A stretch of 63,467 bases of DNA, counting the filler, from Octopus bimaculoides (lineage: Eukaryota), in assembly GCF_001194135.2 (NCBI RefSeq). It is 4 parts of 3 records of this genome, joined end to end, with 100 filler letters (N's around TTAATTAATTAA, not from the genome) between each part and the next. Parts side by side here need not be neighbours in the genome. Positions count along the whole stretch, not along the records: positions 46,705 to 63,467 come from NC_068996.1; 3 more parts are not named here. One strand, written 5' to 3'. The notes below the pieces were generated by a model, which ran no database searches, was not told the DNA's origin, and saw only the letters and a list, made by a program, of their open reading frames with translations. Positions 61,871 through 63,467 of this stretch are shown piece after piece. Made by a program: the position numbers and the translations under genes. The first letter of the stretch is position 1, and each line of letters begins with the position of its first letter.

Positions 61871-62872
61871 TCCTTATATATATCAAATACATTTTATTTT
61901 AAAAGCCAAGGGAAATAACCCATTCGTCCTGGAAGTGATCCTTATATATAGCAAAGGGAAATAACCCATTCATTTTCCTAAATTATTTGGTAGAAATCAA
62001 ATTAAGTATGCTTACTTTTTTGAACTATAAAAATTATTTTCGCAATTTATCCAGTACAACCCTGAAACAATTAAATAGTATATTCCTAAACAATAGATCC
62101 ACTTATTTCAGTTAGTGATTTATTCACGAATATAGCAACACTAGCACCCATGGGGGTAATATTCTTTGAGAACGCACAAAAGCCCTTTACAGAGTTATTT
62201 ACTTTGAATTGTTATTATCTCATATCTGATTAGCCTGTTATTGCGTAACATGCTTCACGATTTTAGTATACACACCTTATTAGTATTTCCTCCGAAGTTC
62301 TATATACTTTGGGAACATATTAAAGCCCTTTTTGGGCTTTTTTTTTTGAATTCTTACTATCGGGTAACGAATTTCATATTATTACATAACCGACTTCACA
62401 ATTTGGGTATTCTTATTGGGAATTCCTAAAATAAAATCCTGTGTAAATGCACAAAAATTGTTTTAAAGGGTACATACTTTATATTATTCTTATTGGTTTA
62501 GCGGAACAATTATGAGAACGGAACCAAGAAATAAGCCTCGCTTTCTCGAGAACTACCGGGTACATATATATATACGCATAAGCAATGGAGGCACATTGTT
62601 GACAATTTCCAATAAGATGAAACTGTACAATCCAGCGTTCTAGCTTTGCTTCGCTCTTGGGGCAGTTGTCTGCCCTGTCAGTATATATAAATGTGCTTTT
62701 ACGCAGCTATACGAGTATTGACTCTTATTTCTAGCAATATATCAACATATGTGCTTGTAGCAAATACAGTAACAATTACAGACGACAAAATTTTGGCTAT
62801 ACGGTTTATCATGCGCCCAGCTGCCTGCATTACTTTTATACTGTATACGTCATACATACATACATTTACACA

Positions 62873-62918
<46 letters not shown>

Positions 62919-63068
62919 CCAAGAGAGTTAGGGGTTGAGGATCCAACCCACTAAGGGATAATATCCATCCAATATACAGCTGGGAGGGTACCCAATTATT
63001 GTTACACTAGTATTATACCAAGTTCAATAAGTGGGTAAAAGGTTGTTTTTTTTACCCTAAATTTATAT

Positions 63069-63423
63069 AGCAATTAGAAAATGAAGTGGAATATAAGGTA
63101 CTCATCAACTTGCAGACACTGTATTCCATTGATTAATCTGTTTATTTTATAACTAAATTGACAAAAAACACAATATACAGACACTTATGACATACCATGT
63201 CATATCAACAATTAAGATTTCAAACTTAAAGGACATTTAGTCCCTTCTCCAATTGCTAAGTGTCCATTACATTTGAAGTCTTAATTGTTAATATGACAAT
63301 GTATGTCATAAGTGTCTTGCATTGTGTTTTTTGTCAATTTAGTCATAAAATAAACAAATTAATCAACTGAATACAGTGTCTGCAAGTTGATGAGTACCAC
63401 ATATTCCACTCCATTTTCTTATT

Positions 63424-63426
<3 letters not shown>
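63069..63426. mobile_element. Foldback / MITE element with ~170-bp arms and 15-nt loop
   Basis: AGCAATTAGAAAATGAAGTGGAATA..GGACATTTAG (63069-63240) is near reverse-complementary to CTAAGTGTCC..TATTCCACTCCATTTTCTTATTGCT (63256-63426). Confidence 0.9.

Positions 63427-63467
<41 letters not shown>

Overview
AT-rich, microsatellite- and SINE-dense animal genomic DNA from a gapped draft assembly. The SINE and RTE repeat types point to a coleoid cephalopod, most likely Octopus (inferred from recalled repeat consensus, not a database search). Two compact genes are clear: PNO1 with an uninterrupted CDS (28215-28943, +) and an ankyrin/SOCS-box protein with an N-terminal myristoylation motif (41843-42907, -). 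The ORF track misses a third gene. In the first 8.3 kb, five tandem ~0.7-1.6 kb duplications each carry a symmetric phase-1 exon, followed by two more phase-1 exons. All seven splice in frame into a Lys/Glu-rich low-complexity protein, an architecture resembling titin/connectin PEVK exon arrays. A decayed Penelope-like retroelement (25741-27430) is 5'-inverted, has a very long low-complexity insert between its GIY and YIG motifs, and carries a type I hammerhead-ribozyme-like motif. Also present: an 18S rRNA fragment, a tRNA-Thr-like relic, hAT and mariner MITEs, a palindromic insertion, a ~170-bp-arm foldback element, head-to-tail SINE piles, and three artificial N44-TTAATTAATTAA-N44 assembly spacers. 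Most ORFs in the supplied track are artefacts of N-gaps and simple repeats. Transposon and SINE boundaries are approximate.
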